A stretch of 64,000 bases of DNA, taken from the NCBI RefSeq assembly GCF_006345805.1, contig NC_042999.1, positions 150,288,001 to 150,352,000 on the forward strand, given 5' to 3'. The position numbers were made by a program, and so were the translations under genes. Below the pieces are notes generated by a model, which was given only the letters and a program-made list of their open reading frames with translations, was not told the origin of the DNA and ran no database searches. Source of the DNA: Octopus sinensis (taxonomy: Eukaryota). Shown piece by piece: positions 12,411 to 26,260 of this stretch; the stretch's first letter is position 1; every line of letters begins with the position of its first letter.

Positions 12411-15400
12411 AAAGCACTGATAATGGTACCATGTAAAAAAAAGCACTATTTTCCTGATGCCATGTAAGAAGCACTACACACTGTAAAGTGGTTGGCATTT
12501 GGAAGGGCATCCAGCTTTAGAGACCAAGCCAAAACAGACTCTGGAACCTGGTGCTGCTCCTTCCTTTGCAAGCTCCTGTTAAACCATTCAATACATGCTA
12601 TCATGGAGAATGGAAGTTAAATGATGATGGTGATGATGATGATGTATCAGAAATAAAATAGGAAAATACACTTGTAGCAATACTCCTTCTCTAAGAAACA
12701 TGTACATGTGATTTACCAAAGTGGAGTATCTTTTAATGTAAAGATAGTTTTAACAAAAGATTGCTTCTGGCAGAACCAATATGAAATACTTTTGATGATG
12801 ACCTGCCTGTTTTTGAGAGAGAGAGAGAGTGTTGTAGTCATACAAAAACATGTATTTCTATACACACTTAAATGTATCCATGTGCATGTGTATTCGTGTA
12901 TGCATTATGCATGCATGTATTTATGCATGCACATATTTATGCATTCATGGATGTATGCATGCATGCATGCATGTATATGTTAAGGAGATAGAGTGAAGGT
13001 ACAGATTTATTAGTAACAAGAAAGTGAATTTGAAAAGCCGATAAGGATGTCAATGCATGGATTAAAATGGTATTATATAAAGTATTTATCTGGAGTTTTT
13101 AATACCACTATTACTACTACAGTATTTGCAATGATAAAGAATATGTTTCTGATCTGCCATTCTCTTCTAAAAGATACTTCTCATCTGCCTGTTGTTTATT
13201 TTACTATTATATAAATTTCTATTTTTATTCATCATCTCAACAGCTTCTTATTCAACCTAACTCACTGTTATCTCACTTTCCTATTTGTTTATTTGCTTTT
13301 TTTTCCATTTTTTAAAAACATTTGTGTATTTATTCATTTAATTTAATTATTTCTACACTTTAATGAGATTACTGTAAAATTTCTAATTTTCTAAGAATTT
13401 CATTTGACACGCATCTACTACACTACACACTTACATATAGCTTTTGTTCTACTTACTCAATTTCAAGGTTGCTGTTTTGGTTCTAGTACAGCACTATGTG
13501 AGTGGTTTTTTTTTTTATATGATTGACCTAGTGAGCATTTGATAAAATCTGGAGATATTCAACAGTAAAAACCACATGCTTGTCGCTGAAGTACAAGAGT
13601 GATGCAAGTGCAATCCTATGCCTTGAACAGGATCGGCCTACCATGACTGAAATAAAGTTAAACCTTTGAGCATAAGGCCAGCAGCCAACACCATATTATC
13701 ACAGTTAATATATTTCAAGGAACTGCAAAAAAGAGTAGGGGCTAGAAAAAGTATAAGAAAGTTTATATTAGTTAGCAGGGATGTTGTCTTGAGGTTTGGT
13801 GACAAGTCTCTTCAAATCTTGAGTGTCTTTCATAGGTTCTTACAGAATACAGAATTTCACTTTTCTGCAGGTTGACAATGCAAGTCGCAATTCCAAAATA
13901 TTTCAGTCTCTTAGGTAGCAATTTATCATCATCATCATCATCATGGTGGTGGTGGTGGTTGTGATGGCATGGACATTTGAGTCGGTATAACACATGGTTT
14001 ACTTGAGTGACTGTGGGTCTCATTAATAAATAATAATTTCATTTGCTTGGGCAAAAGTTTAGTTGTACAAGGCAAGTATAAAGTCAATACAGCCTTCCTT
14101 GTACGTATTTTATCCCCTTCCAGAGGAATGGAAAGCAACATGATATGAATTAAGAATAGTGAAGACCAAAATATAATTATTGTTATTTAATTAGTCTGTT
14201 GCCTGCTATTCTGCTGTTTCACTATACATTATTATGAATCATCATGTAATACCCTAACCTAGTGGTTAGGGTATTGCACTTATGATTGTGAGATTGATTT
14301 CAGTTCCTGGACCGGGTGGTGCATTCTGTTCTTGAGCAAGGCATTTCTTCGCGCATTGCTCTGCAATCACTTTGACACCCGATGTGAGGTACACCTTGTA
14401 CCTGTTCAGGCAATGTCGATTTGATGGATAGAGTGAGCTAATGTACAACACATACATTTGATCATTATAAACAAATTTGTGCTGGTCATTTGGTAAAAAA
14501 TTGCAGAACCATTTTTCTCTTACTATGAGAAACTACCATCATTAGGAATTGTCATTGTTTTAACATCTGCTTTTCTATGTTTGCATGGCCCAGAAGGGGT
14601 CCATTGAGGCAGATTTTCTGTGACTGGATGCCCTCCTGTTTCCAACCCTCACCTGTTTCCAAACAAGGAAATGTTTCCTCAAGACCAGACATGTTTCCAT
14701 GAGAACTAGAAACAAACGATATTGCTGGTATGATCATGGCATTTATTATGTTACATGACATCAAGATAAGGAGACTCAAACACACATACATTTATGCACA
14801 CTCACACACACACACACACACACACATTCATGCACACACACACAATACCAAATCCACTTGCCAGCCTTTGGTCGACTTCGGGTGATATTAGGAACACTTG
14901 CCAAGGTGCCACTCAGTGAGATTGAGCACAAAACCATAAATAAACCGATAAGTAAATAATGGTTTCACATTTTAGCACAAGGCCAGCAATTTGGGTGTAG
15001 GGGATGAGTTGATTACATCGACATCGATGTTTAGTAAAATAAATTAGTCATCATTAAACTAGTGTTAGGAACATAAATTGTGACTAAGGTTTGGTAGAAG
15101 ATTTTAATTCAAAACTTATGAAAACAAGACATTGTACTCAGAGCTAGAACCTGTTTCAACCAGGTTGGTAATGTTTTCAAATCTTGAGTCAAGACCAGCA
15201 AATTTAAAGAAAGGCGTTTAGTCAATTACATCAACCCTAGTGCTCAGCTGGTGCTTATTTTATCAACACCAAAAGGATGAAAGAGTAGTGATCTTGGCAG
15301 TATTTGAACTCAGAATGTAAAGAACTGGATGAAATTTCACTATGTATTTTGTCCACAGTAACAATTCTGCTAGCTCACCATCTTCAATAATAATATATAA

Positions 15401-15491
15401 AAATGTTATTGATCCAAAGTAAATAATGATTTTTGTCATGAAAATGTGATCTTTAGTTTGTCAAAAAGACGTCTAGTCTAGACAATTGAAT

Positions 15492-15646
15492 TTATCTTAA
15501 CATTTTATTTCCATTATCTGAACATTATATTTTCATTATCTGAAAAATTATATTGTCATTATCTGAACATGCTATATTCATTATCCAAACATTCTATTGT
15601 CATTATCTAAACGCTATATTTTCATTATCTAAACATTATATTTTCA
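15492..15646. repeat. 22-bp minisatellite, 7 units
   Basis: Consensus TTATCTGAACATTATATTTTCA repeated head-to-tail. Confidence 0.9.
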
Positions 15647-16528
15647 TTAGAGCAAGTTTTCTTTGAGACAAAAATAGTTTTTGTATTTTCCCAATAATAC
15701 GATTCTTTGATTGAAATAAATTGATCCACTTATGCTTTCATTTTCTTTGATTTCTGTTAATTTTTTAAAATTTTAGATTTAATTTTTCAGATTTTTTTCT
15801 ATTTATAGATGCATAAAATAAATTCCACTTAAAAATATCCATTCAAGTTGAAAAAGAAAATACATTATTTTACCAGATCTTTTAGGTTCCCTACTCAAAT
15901 GCCATCAACAATTTATTGATGACGTCATACTAAGTCTTACAGATCAGAGGTTTCACCTTCCTTTTCACACATGAGTCAATGCAAAACCTTCTATCGTTGC
16001 TTTATTTAGCAACAAAAAATGCATTGAAAAAAATCATTACTATATTTAGAATGGGGGAAACCATATGTTAACACAAATCTTGGATGACGACAAATTTAAT
16101 TAATAATGCATAATTTTAGTTAATCAGTTACTAATGTGTCATGAGTGTTAGCCTGATCAAAGCCTGCTAGGACTGCTCTAAAAAACATTTCTGAGAGATC
16201 TCGTTCAGAGTTCATTTTAGTATTACTGGTTAGTAGTAATGGTGGTAGCAGCTTCAGTGGTGGTATTATTGTTGTTGTTGTTGTTGTTGGTGGTGATAGT
16301 AGTTATTTAACCCTGGGTTAAACAACAGCTGCCTATTGGTCGTTTCATTTATTGTCTCTTGTGCTAAACTTTGATTACCATTGCACTCAAATAAACATGG
16401 TAATGAAGGGAACCTCTACATAGTCATTTGACCAGCTAGAAATAGCAACAAAATCTTACTCAAATCACACCCTGCTTTCATACTTTTGCATAGTGAAGTT
16501 ATATATAACATATTTTAATATACCACAT

Positions 16529-16932
16529 AAAGAGCACCCGTGCCAGTGCCATGTAAAAGCACCCATGGTGACACCATGTAAAAAGCACCTTTGCTGGTAC
16601 CATGTAAAGGCACCTGTGTTGGTGCCACATAGAAAGTACTTGTGCCAGTGCCACATAAAAGCATCCATGCTGGCATTAATGCAAAAGCACCCACACAGGT
16701 GTCACATAGAAAACACCTGTGTTGGTGCCATGTAAGAATCACCCATGCCAGCACCACGTAAAAGCATCCAGTACACTCAGTAAAGTTGTTGGCATTAGGA
16801 AGGGCATCCATCTGTAGAGACCATGCCAAAACAGACGGTGCCTGGTACAGCACCTTCTGGCTTGCCAGCTCCTGTCAAACCATCTAACCCATGCCAGCAT
16901 GGGTAATAGACACAAAGTGATGATGATGATGA
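16529..16932 (+). mobile_element. RTE 3'UTR copy with about 9 units of a 25-26-bp internal repeat
   Basis: Units of AAAAGCACCC(G/A)TG..GTGCCATGT, then GTTGGCATTAGGAAGGGCATCC core, CCATGCCAGCATGG and a (TGA)n tail. Confidence 0.85.
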
Positions 16933-16984
16933 TTTTACAGGATGCTCAAGCATTAGTGGATTTTCTGATGCTCGTTTGTTTTAA

Positions 16985-17205
16985 CCCTTTTGTTACCAAC
17001 CTGCCTCAGAGCACTCCATGTTTCTATGACAATCTTCTTGTTGTAAAGTGATTTAAGTTAAAATCCTCCATTAAAATTTTATGTTAATTCATGTTACAAA
17101 CACCAGCTTAATAATGACAAGTTCATTTTACTAAAGTCTTTGTTATTTTAAAAAGCAACCGAAACAAAGTCAGTATATTTCAATAGAAGTATGATAACAA
17201 AAGCT
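16985..17205. mobile_element. piggyBac-type MITE, subfamily 1
   Basis: TTAA at 16981-84 and 17206-09; left TIR CCCTTTTGTTAC, decayed right TIR. Homologous to 55967-56187. Confidence 0.75.
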
Positions 17206-17209
17206 TTAA

Positions 17210-17424
17210 CCCTTTAGTGTTTAAACCGGCCATATCTGCCCCTGATATTCTACATGTTTTATATTCAAACTGGCAATATCTAACCTTTCACACCTACCCT
17301 ACATTGACATTTTAAAAATAAACAATCACATCATTGAAACCTCAAAGCTATAATAAATGATTAATTCAAAACAATTTGAGTGAAAAAGTATTACATTTAC
17401 CAGAGTAATCTGAACACTAAAGGG
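17210..17424. mobile_element. piggyBac-type MITE, subfamily 2
   Basis: TTAA-CCCTTTAGTGTT...AACACTAAAGGG-TTAA. Further copies at about 18680-18890 and 51383-51610. Confidence 0.85.
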
Positions 17425-20400
17425 TTAATGTTGACTTTTCCATGCTAGCATGGATTTTTAAGGCCAAGATACTGTAAATTGTCTCTTTTTGAAAATCTGT
17501 GGCTTACCTAGACACCTCTTGCACTGCACTGTTTGAGACCTACTGCTTCAAGTAAAGGATAAACTATATTTTTGAAGAGAGTTACAACTATGTGAATTTG
17601 TTGGAAATCTAGATGCTGACCAAGCATCATCAGTTCTGTATCCTGTAATTAGCATTATACCTTTTATGATTAACACAAGTGCTTAAACCTTGCTGTTCAA
17701 ATACAGCTGACTGCAAATATAGAAGCATGTGGAGCATTTTATTTGTAGTCTGTATGAAAAGGACTTGGATTCAGTCTTGAATGCTAATGAGACCCTCTTC
17801 AATTTTACACTATGTGCATGTGTGTATTCATTGGTGTCTTGTCTTCACATCGCATGACAGTTGTAAATGAGTGTCCCTGTCATACAAGTGGTGTCATTCA
17901 TTTTCAGTCTTCCATGGAAACATGTCTGGCCAAGGGGAAATATTACCTTGCTCAAAAAGAGGTGAGAATTAGTGACAGGAAGGGCTCCTGGTTGTAAAAA
18001 AATCTGTCTCAGTGAATGCTATCTGACCCATGCATAGAAAAGCAGGCATTAAAACAACAATGATGATGATGATAAGGAGGAGGATGGTAATGGCTTTGGT
18101 GGCCAATGAGTTATTTCCTTTCTGAAAAGGGTTACACTGGGAGTGGGTGGGGGTGATTTGAGGGAGATTTCACTGCTACTGTTAATACAGATAATGTTTA
18201 CTTTAAAACATTAGCTGGGCTCTTTTGGAAAGGCTACCTTTTATCCCTGTCAACCTTCATCTCTATCCTACTCATCCCCCTCCTGCTCCTTGTTTTCAGA
18301 GCAAATATAAATTAACACACTCCATCCACAGAAACAAACGTAATTAGGTTATTGTAATTTAACAAGATAGATTATGACACATCCAAAAGGAATGTTATTT
18401 CTGACCATGATAGTTGCTTTCCCCAAGCATCTCTTTCCCAACACTTACTTGCCAAAATATATTTGGTAACTCACAGGTCAAACCAGGTAAATAAATATTA
18501 AATCAACCTTCTGTCCTTTCACTTTTCATACCTTGCCATTAGTGAAAGTGTATTTCACTTAGTCCCTGCCTTCAGTTGATATTGCAAATTGAAGTGTGAT
18601 GGGATCTGACTGAGTGTTTCAAGGTTGTAAGTGATTGAGATATAATTCATTCTCCTGAGACAAGACACCATGAATCATCTAGCATTTAAACTGGCCAATA
18701 TCTGGCCCAAATATCCTACCTGTTTCTAAGTTCAAACTTGCCAGAACCAGCCTCATATACCTATCTTACAATGTCTTTCTAAAAATAAATAATCACATCA
18801 TCTAAATGTCTGAGTTGCATGACTCATTCAAAACAATGTAAATAAACAAGCATTACATTCGACAGAATAATCTGAATGCTAAAAGGTTAAATAATCCTCT
18901 TGCATTTCGGTTTTGGATTTGATTTGCAAGATTCTTTATATGAGTTCGTGTGTTGAAGCATATTCTGTCTGGGGAGAGTAATTTTCTTTTTGTACCTTAT
19001 AATGTAACACACTCACTAGTAAAATTTCCACTTATTTCTTATCTTTATTTTCCTAAAATTTTACCAGTGTGTGTGTTACATTATAAGGCACAAAAAGAAA
19101 ATGACTCTCCCCAGACACAACAGAATCTTCTTGCAGATTGTCATTATTTTATAACCATTGGTCAGTCCAGATCAAGCAGACCTATAATCAGAAGTATTCC
19201 AACCACAACCATCCCCTGTCATCCTGTATTTTTGTATATCAGGAAATACATTGTTTTGTTTATCCTTCTTTGTTAATAATGCAGTATTTTAGTTGTTAAT
19301 GTTAACAATATAGTGTAGGATACAACATAAAATGATTGACTAAAACAAGCAAAAGACAAAACATGAAGAAAATGCCGATTTCCTGTATATAACTAAGTAA
19401 ATAAGTATAATGAAGTCTTCTTAATCAGTGAAAATGTTTCATTGATGGAAAATTATGAAGAATATAGAACATAATGGTTGCTGTGTTCTTTTATTTTACT
19501 CTCAGTGACAGTTTGTAATGATAAATGAAGACAGCTACTATGATAAATACATATTTTAATAGTCGATCTGGAGTCATTCCTGTGATTCTGATTTAGCAAT
19601 CATTACAAATTCTGAAGACTGAAATGAAGATAAATTTACGTTTCATTAAAAATATAAAAAGAAATTGTATAATTTTGAGAGGGAAATTTCTTATAAGTGC
19701 TATTAAATGTAACCTGATATGAATTATATAATGAAAATAAGACTGTCTCTTTTAAATACGGAATGAAAAAAATGTTTCAGGAATAATTTTTGTGAGGTAA
19801 AATTTCTTATAGGTGCTATTAAATGTAAACTGATATGAAATTTATAATTGAAATAACAGAATTATGTAGCAGCAACATTCTGAAGAAACGGTTATTATTT
19901 TAATGGTGGAATTGTTAGAATATTAAGCCATCTCTTGAAGTCATTCTTGTATCTGCTTCAGTCACCTCATTCAGCCGCCATCTTTGCTTCCCAGTTTAAA
20001 TGTATCACAGTAACAAGAGACACCAATGGAAATTACACATTCTTGAGCAATTCATACAGTTTCAAATATTTCCAGAACAGTTCAATTAAAAATAGGAAAG
20101 TAGTACTGGCTATAGGCATGGCTGTGTGGGTAAGGAGCTTTCTTTGTAACCATGTGATTTCAGGTTCAATCCCACTGTATAGCATATTGACTTTGCTGGC
20201 ATTGTGCAAAAATTTGAAACCAGTAGTTTTTATTATTCTCCAGATATCTTTATTATTGTTTATTAGTCCAACACAGAATTATTGAAAGTTGAGTAAAAAG
20301 TGTTTTGTTGTTTTTGTTCTGATTCTTTATGTTCCAAGATGAAATCCCACTGGGATCCTTTCATCATCCCACGTTTCCTTTCATCTGCTCTGGGATCAAT

Positions 20401-21357
20401 AAAATAAAGTACCAGTGGAAATGAACAGCATTGATTGTATGATATTGACACTCATTTACAACTATCACATAATGTCAAAACAGGGCTACACACAAATACA
20501 CACCTATATACAATGTACTTCTTTCAGTTTCTATCTACCACATATACTCATGAGGCCTTGGTTGAACCAGATCTATAGTTCTATTATAACCCAAGGTCAA
20601 CTAAAGCCCAAGGTGCCATGCAGTAGGAGTGAGCCCAAGACCATACAATCAGAAAGCAAGCTTCTTAACCACACAGCAACAATAATCCTTTCTACTGTAG
20701 GCACTAAGCCTGAAATTTTGGGGAGGGGTATAATTGATTACACTGACCCCCCTAGTGTTTCACTGGTGCTTAATTTATCGACCCCAAAAGGATGAAAGGC
20801 AAAGTCAACCTCAACGGAATTTGAACTTAGAACGTCAAGGTAGATGAAATGCTGCTAAGCATTTCGCCCGGTGTGCTAATGATTCTGCCAGCTCACAGTC
20901 TTACACAGCCACAATAATAATAACAATAAGTTTAGTTTTAAGTACATCATATTGTGATAGCTTTTGGCATCATATCCATGAAGAGAGATATCTTCTGCAC
21001 TTTTAATCTTCACTTTTAGTCTTCACTTTCTAACTTAAGGAATACCTTGACATTTATAGATGTATATGTACTTAACAATTCTCCCTCACTGTCTCACAAT
21101 ATGTATATGTATTCAATTTTCTGAAAGATGTTTTTCCTGTGTTTATGATGACATTAGACATGTTGTTTTGTTCAGTTGGGCTTTAAGAAAATTATTTTTA
21201 GCAATTTAGATTTCCATCAATCATTAATACCAAACAGATAAAAACAAAATGTCAGGCATAAAATGGTGGGATTAAATAACTTTTTTCATAATCTGAAGTT
21301 TAATGATATCTGTCTTTTGAATAATGTTGGAGTTTAATTTTAGTTATTTGCCTTAAA

Positions 21358-21539
21358 CAGCAGTTTTCCCAGGGCCTCATGTGGTCCCCAAATATCCTTT
21401 CAGCTGTCCTCAATCATCTTACCTCTATAAATATAGTAAATTTTTTTGACTAGTGTTTTACTGTGTTTTTGGTGTAGGCCCTTAAAAAAATCCAGGTTTT
21501 GAATTGGGTCTGGATATTAAAAATGGTTGAGAATCACTG
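21358..21539. mobile_element. Decayed hAT-type MITE
   Basis: Right end GGTTGAGAATCACTG and degenerate left end CAGCAGTTTTCCC. Confidence 0.5.
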
Positions 21540-22207
21540 TGTCAAATATGAGGTGCTTCAGAATTGAGGGTAAAATCCATAATGCTATGAAGTTTGTGAT
21601 GACCTGTATCAGATGTGTTTAGTGCATAAAAGAATTTAGTAAGATTAATTGCTGCAATGTTTCCAACCTTTGTCCTTTATCTGGCTTATCTGGTTATCAG
21701 AAACTCTTGGACTTGTTTTAGGCTTCAAGTTATTGAGTTGGGTTCAGAATTACAAAGCACCAACCAAATAGTTATTTATATCTCATTCTCATCTCACTAG
21801 CTCTTTTACCTGTCTTGAGGTATAAGCTTAAGGGACTTCATTATGTGTGCATGTACTCCTTTCACTTTACTTATATTCCCCTCTTCTTGGCCTGTGTAGA
21901 ACTGATGTCATTCACTCTCACTGTTTATCCACCTCTTACCATTCATCACGCTCTAATCCCAACCCTCTCTGGTGCTGGTGCCATGAGAAAATGCTTGCCG
22001 TACAGTATTAAGTGTAGAATTAAGAAGTCTTTTTAGTTTCTTCAAAGATATCATAGCCTCCCTAGTGCTGGTATCGCAAAAAAAAAATACTTTCAGTTCA
22101 CTCTGTAAAGTAGTTGGCATTAAGAAGGTCATCCAGCTAAAGAAACTAAGCCAAATATTGAAACTTGTCCTCCAATCCTTCTAGGAGGGTGGCAACAATC
22201 TGTCCAA

Positions 22208-23107
22208 TTGTGTGGAGATTCTTGTAAGGAATACACTGGTTAGGTTTCCCATTGCATGCATTCTCTGGGGTCTTCATAAAGGTAGGAACTTATTCTAACA
22301 AATATTAAGACATGTCTGTTTGGTTAAGAAGCACACTTTGCACTCATATGGTTTCAGGTTCAGTCCTGCTGCACAGCACATGGAGAAAGTGTCTTTTATT
22401 ATAGTCCTGGGTCAAACAAGCATAGAAATTGGACATATTAACAACAACAATGGTGATGATGATGATAACAGCAATAATATTTGTGTTATAGTACAAGACC
22501 ATTGTTATAATCTTTATTCTGCAATATTGCAGTTAATTGAACTTTGTGGATAGTTTATCTCCATGTTCCTGTCTTTTCCATCTGTGATGTACATTGTCTT
22601 AGAGATTAAGGATTAGAACTGCTAACTCTATGACGATTAGTACAGATTTATTCACACAAGACTTGAGTCTTGTTTTAGAGAATCAAAAAACTTGTACCAA
22701 TGTTCTCTTGTTTGCTTCTGGAGATTAATACTTTGTTGACAGTAAATAAAACTTGAATGATTAGATTTGACTATTACCGTTTCCTTTAATAATTTACTAA
22801 CTCATTGTTGATTGGTTTTGTAATAATGAACTGGTATTTGTTGTTAGTTCTCTGGCCCTTGTGGGTAACCAAGGGAGTACCAACATAATTAGTCTTTGTG
22901 TGGAGATTCTTGTAAGGAATACACTGGTTAGGTTTCCCATTGCATGCATTCTCTGGGGTCTTCATGAAGTCAGGAACTTATTCTAACAAACATTAAGACA
23001 TGTCTGTATGGTTAAGAAGCATACTTTCCACTCATATGGTTTCAGGTTCAGTCCTACTGCACAGCACCTGGGGCAAGTGTCTTCTATTATAGCCCTGGGT
23101 CAAACAA
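22208..23107 (+). repeat. ~210-bp direct repeat (22208-22419 and 22896-23107)
   Basis: First 70 bp are identical. The next ~142 bp, which run into an old SINE head, differ at about 13 positions. Confidence 0.9.
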
Positions 23108-24730
23108 TGCCTTGCAAGTGGATATGTTAGGTGAAAATTATGTATGTGTGTGTTTGTACCTTCCACGACTTGACAACTGATGTTGGTTTGTTTACATCCC
23201 TGCAACATAGCGGTTAGGCAAAAGAGGTCAGTAAAATTAGTAACTAGATTTAAAAAGTAAGTACTAGGGATAGTTTGATCAACTATACCCTTCAAGGTAG
23301 TACTCCAGTATGGCCGCAATTCAATGACTGAAACAAATAGATGAAAGATTAGTTGTTTTTGTTGTTTAGACATAGGTCAGTACTGACTGACCAGACAATC
23401 CAGCCATGGCTATTCCATCTATTTTCCTAAATAAACTGTCTTTTTAAAAATGATTTGAGAGGGACATTTGGTTGATATTTCTAAAAGTTGATCAACCACA
23501 TAGATTCACCATTGCTGTTGATCAATGATTTCATTTCTTATAATAATGGTGTGAACTACATTGTTCCATCCTGCATTGTCTATCAGAGTGAGATGAACTC
23601 AGCCATTGAGAGTTTAGTGTCCTGGCCATAGAATTAATGCAAATGTAAAGCATTGACTTCTCAGTTGGTTGTCCAATACATTATAAAATTCCATCGTTTA
23701 TGTTGCCAATGATGACCTCTGGGACAATTAATGTTATATTCTAAGCAGAATATTTCTTCTGTCTGTTCTCATGAATGAAGTCTACAAATGTAAGCAAATG
23801 TGACTTTGAAGAGCTAACCCTTCCTCTCCATTTCTCTCTCTTTCTCTCTCTCTTTCATATTCAACAAAGTAGAAGGATGACAATGTCTACCAGCTAATAC
23901 CTTTATGGAAATGCTTCTTATCAGTAACTATTGGTGCCTTGATTTAGTCTGGATACAAATTTACAACAGGTTCATAAATGTGCAACTTATTTATTTAAAG
24001 TTGCATTTTCTAATAGCTGTAATAACTTTTCCTATGCCTCAACCCTCTTCTCTCTCTCTCTCTCGCTACTCCCTCTCTCTTTTCTCTTCTTCTACTTCTC
24101 TTACACCTTTTCTTTGACACATGGAAGATATAGAAATTACAGATGCAAAATGTAAATTCCAGGTATATTAACTGTGGTCTAGTGGTTAGGGTGTTGCACT
24201 CACAATTGCAAGATTGTGGTTTCAATTCCCAGACCTTGCAATGCATTATGTTCTTGAGCAAAACACTTCATTTCTCACATTGTTTCAGTCCACTCAGCTG
24301 TAAATGTATAACCCTGCAATAGACTATGTCCTGTTCAGAGTGAATGTTGTTGTATAGGTCACTTTTAAGCCACGAAAACCAGGTAACCAGCCCTGTGAGT
24401 CTAAGGACTTGAGAAAATACTTACTGCCAGTAACTATATAATTGCTAGAATTCTTGATCACTGATTGATTTAATGTATCAGGAAAAATGCATTTCATGAT
24501 GAATATTTTAAAAGTTTGCTTTAAATCCATCATCTTCTGTCACTCCAAGAGAAATCCTCCATATAGTTACTTGACCTACTAGAGATAACAGCCAAACTAC
24601 GCCCTACCACCTAATAAGGCCAACAATATATAACATATTGTTGTATTTCAAGATGGTCTTTTTTTTTAACTAAATAAATGCATGCACTTATATTTTTTTT
24701 TCTTCACTTGCTTGTTAGTGTTCTGTTTAG

Positions 24731-24804
24731 AACAGAATGGAGTAAGTGGAGCAACAATACACACAAAAACGAAAAGTGTCACTGAAGAGGTCACAGATGT
24801 GTGA
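24731..24804 (+). CDS. Candidate terminal coding exon (QNGVSGATIHTKTKSVTEEVTDV*) or 11-nt microexon
   Basis: Long polypyrimidine tract and AG at 24729-30, internal GTAAGT donor at 24742, open frame to TGA at 24802-04, AATAAA at 24832. No homology recognised. Confidence 0.2.
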
Positions 24805-26225
24805 CGAAAGATTTCCAGACAATGGACATAAAATAAAGAAGACCAGTGAAGAAAAAAAATATATAGTGCATGTGTTTATTTGGCAAAAAAGAAAAGAAAA
24901 AAATGGCCATCCTGAAATACAACAATATCTGTTTCAACACAGGATTTCACATAAAGAATCTTGTAAAATGAATTGTTAAAAGTAATATATAACATAGTTT
25001 GTGTATACTGTATCTAAAAATAGACATAATGCTTTTTGGCTAGCCCCCCCCCATCCCCCCCACACACACCTTCGTGGTGGTGGTGGTGGTGGTGGCAGCT
25101 TCATCGTTGTTGTTGTTGTCGCTGCTGCTGGTGATTTTCTTTTTTCTAGTATCTCCTTTTGTACCTACAGTGTTGATAGAATGAATAACATGCATGTATT
25201 ATGTTGATTCAGTTGACTGTGTACTTCTGAAAGTTAGTGATTGCATTCTAATATAAGAAACCTTTATCATTATTAATGTTGCAGAAGAGTCATTTCATAA
25301 TACACAAGGCTGTCGAATTCACTTTGAATTTATATCACAAGGTGCCAGAATTTGTCTCACAAGTACAACCTGGTCCCTGACACAATTCAACTGTCAAAAT
25401 TAATTTAACAGTTTTTGCCTATAACAGCTCTTCCAAGTGGTAAGCACTTCAGTTTTTCTACTCTACAGCAAGACACCTATATTTGATCCCTCTATATCTT
25501 AAATCTCTTTCAAGCCACACCCTGTCAAGTACTACTCCCCTTCAAGTGCTACTGTCTTGCAAGGTATTTAGTGACCCTGTTGATGTTGGTGCCATGTAAA
25601 AAGCACCTAAAACATTCTGTAAAGTGGTTGGCATTAGTAAGAGCATCTAGCTGTAGAAACCAAGCCAAAACAGGCCATATAGCCTGGTGTGGCTCCTGGT
25701 CTTATCAATTCCTGTCAAACCATCCAACCCATGCCAGCATGGAAAACAGATGTTAAATGATGGTGATGTCTCAGAGCACGTCATTTGCTTCAATGTACAA
25801 CTGTGAATTTATCATTACTTATTTTTCTCTAATTCTTCTCTGATTCCCTTCATTTAATTTGGCCAGATTAGTCTCAAAAAGTCTATCTGTTTTAGATTCA
25901 AACTTTCCAGATCTGGCTTCTTACGCCTACTCAACAATGTCATTCTGAAAATGAATAATAACATCATTGAATCTCAAATCTACAAGATAACGCATGCTTG
26001 ATTCGAAACAGTGTGAATAGATTAGCATTATATTTGTCTGAGTAATCTGAATGCTGAAGGGTGGAAGTTGTATTAAATACACCAAACTAAGTTAGATATT
26101 TCCTGCATTTAGTGTTGAAAGAATTTATAGGTATCAAGTACATAGAGAACTCAGTTCAAACGACAAGATGCTTAACCTTATAAGTTAAGAAACCTTTGCA
26201 TTGCATATACTCCAATATCTGTCTG

Positions 26226-26260
<35 letters not shown>

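Noticed and set aside
13468-13914. Two short + strand exon candidates (VAVLVLVQHY; VDNASRNSKIFQSL)
   Set aside because: The second donor (GTAGCA) is weak, several frames are open, and there is no homology. Too ambiguous to list as features.
17508-17642. 135-nt minus-strand segment with good splice sites
   Set aside because: The only open frame ends in TAG exactly at the donor and the peptide is unrecognised. It is not distinguishable from chance.
24770-24825. CTGAAGA-G-GTCACA/GATG/TGTGAC-GAAA resembling a hammerhead core with a perfect stem II
   Set aside because: No arrangement gives both stem I and stem III around a valid NUH site, in either type I or type III topology.
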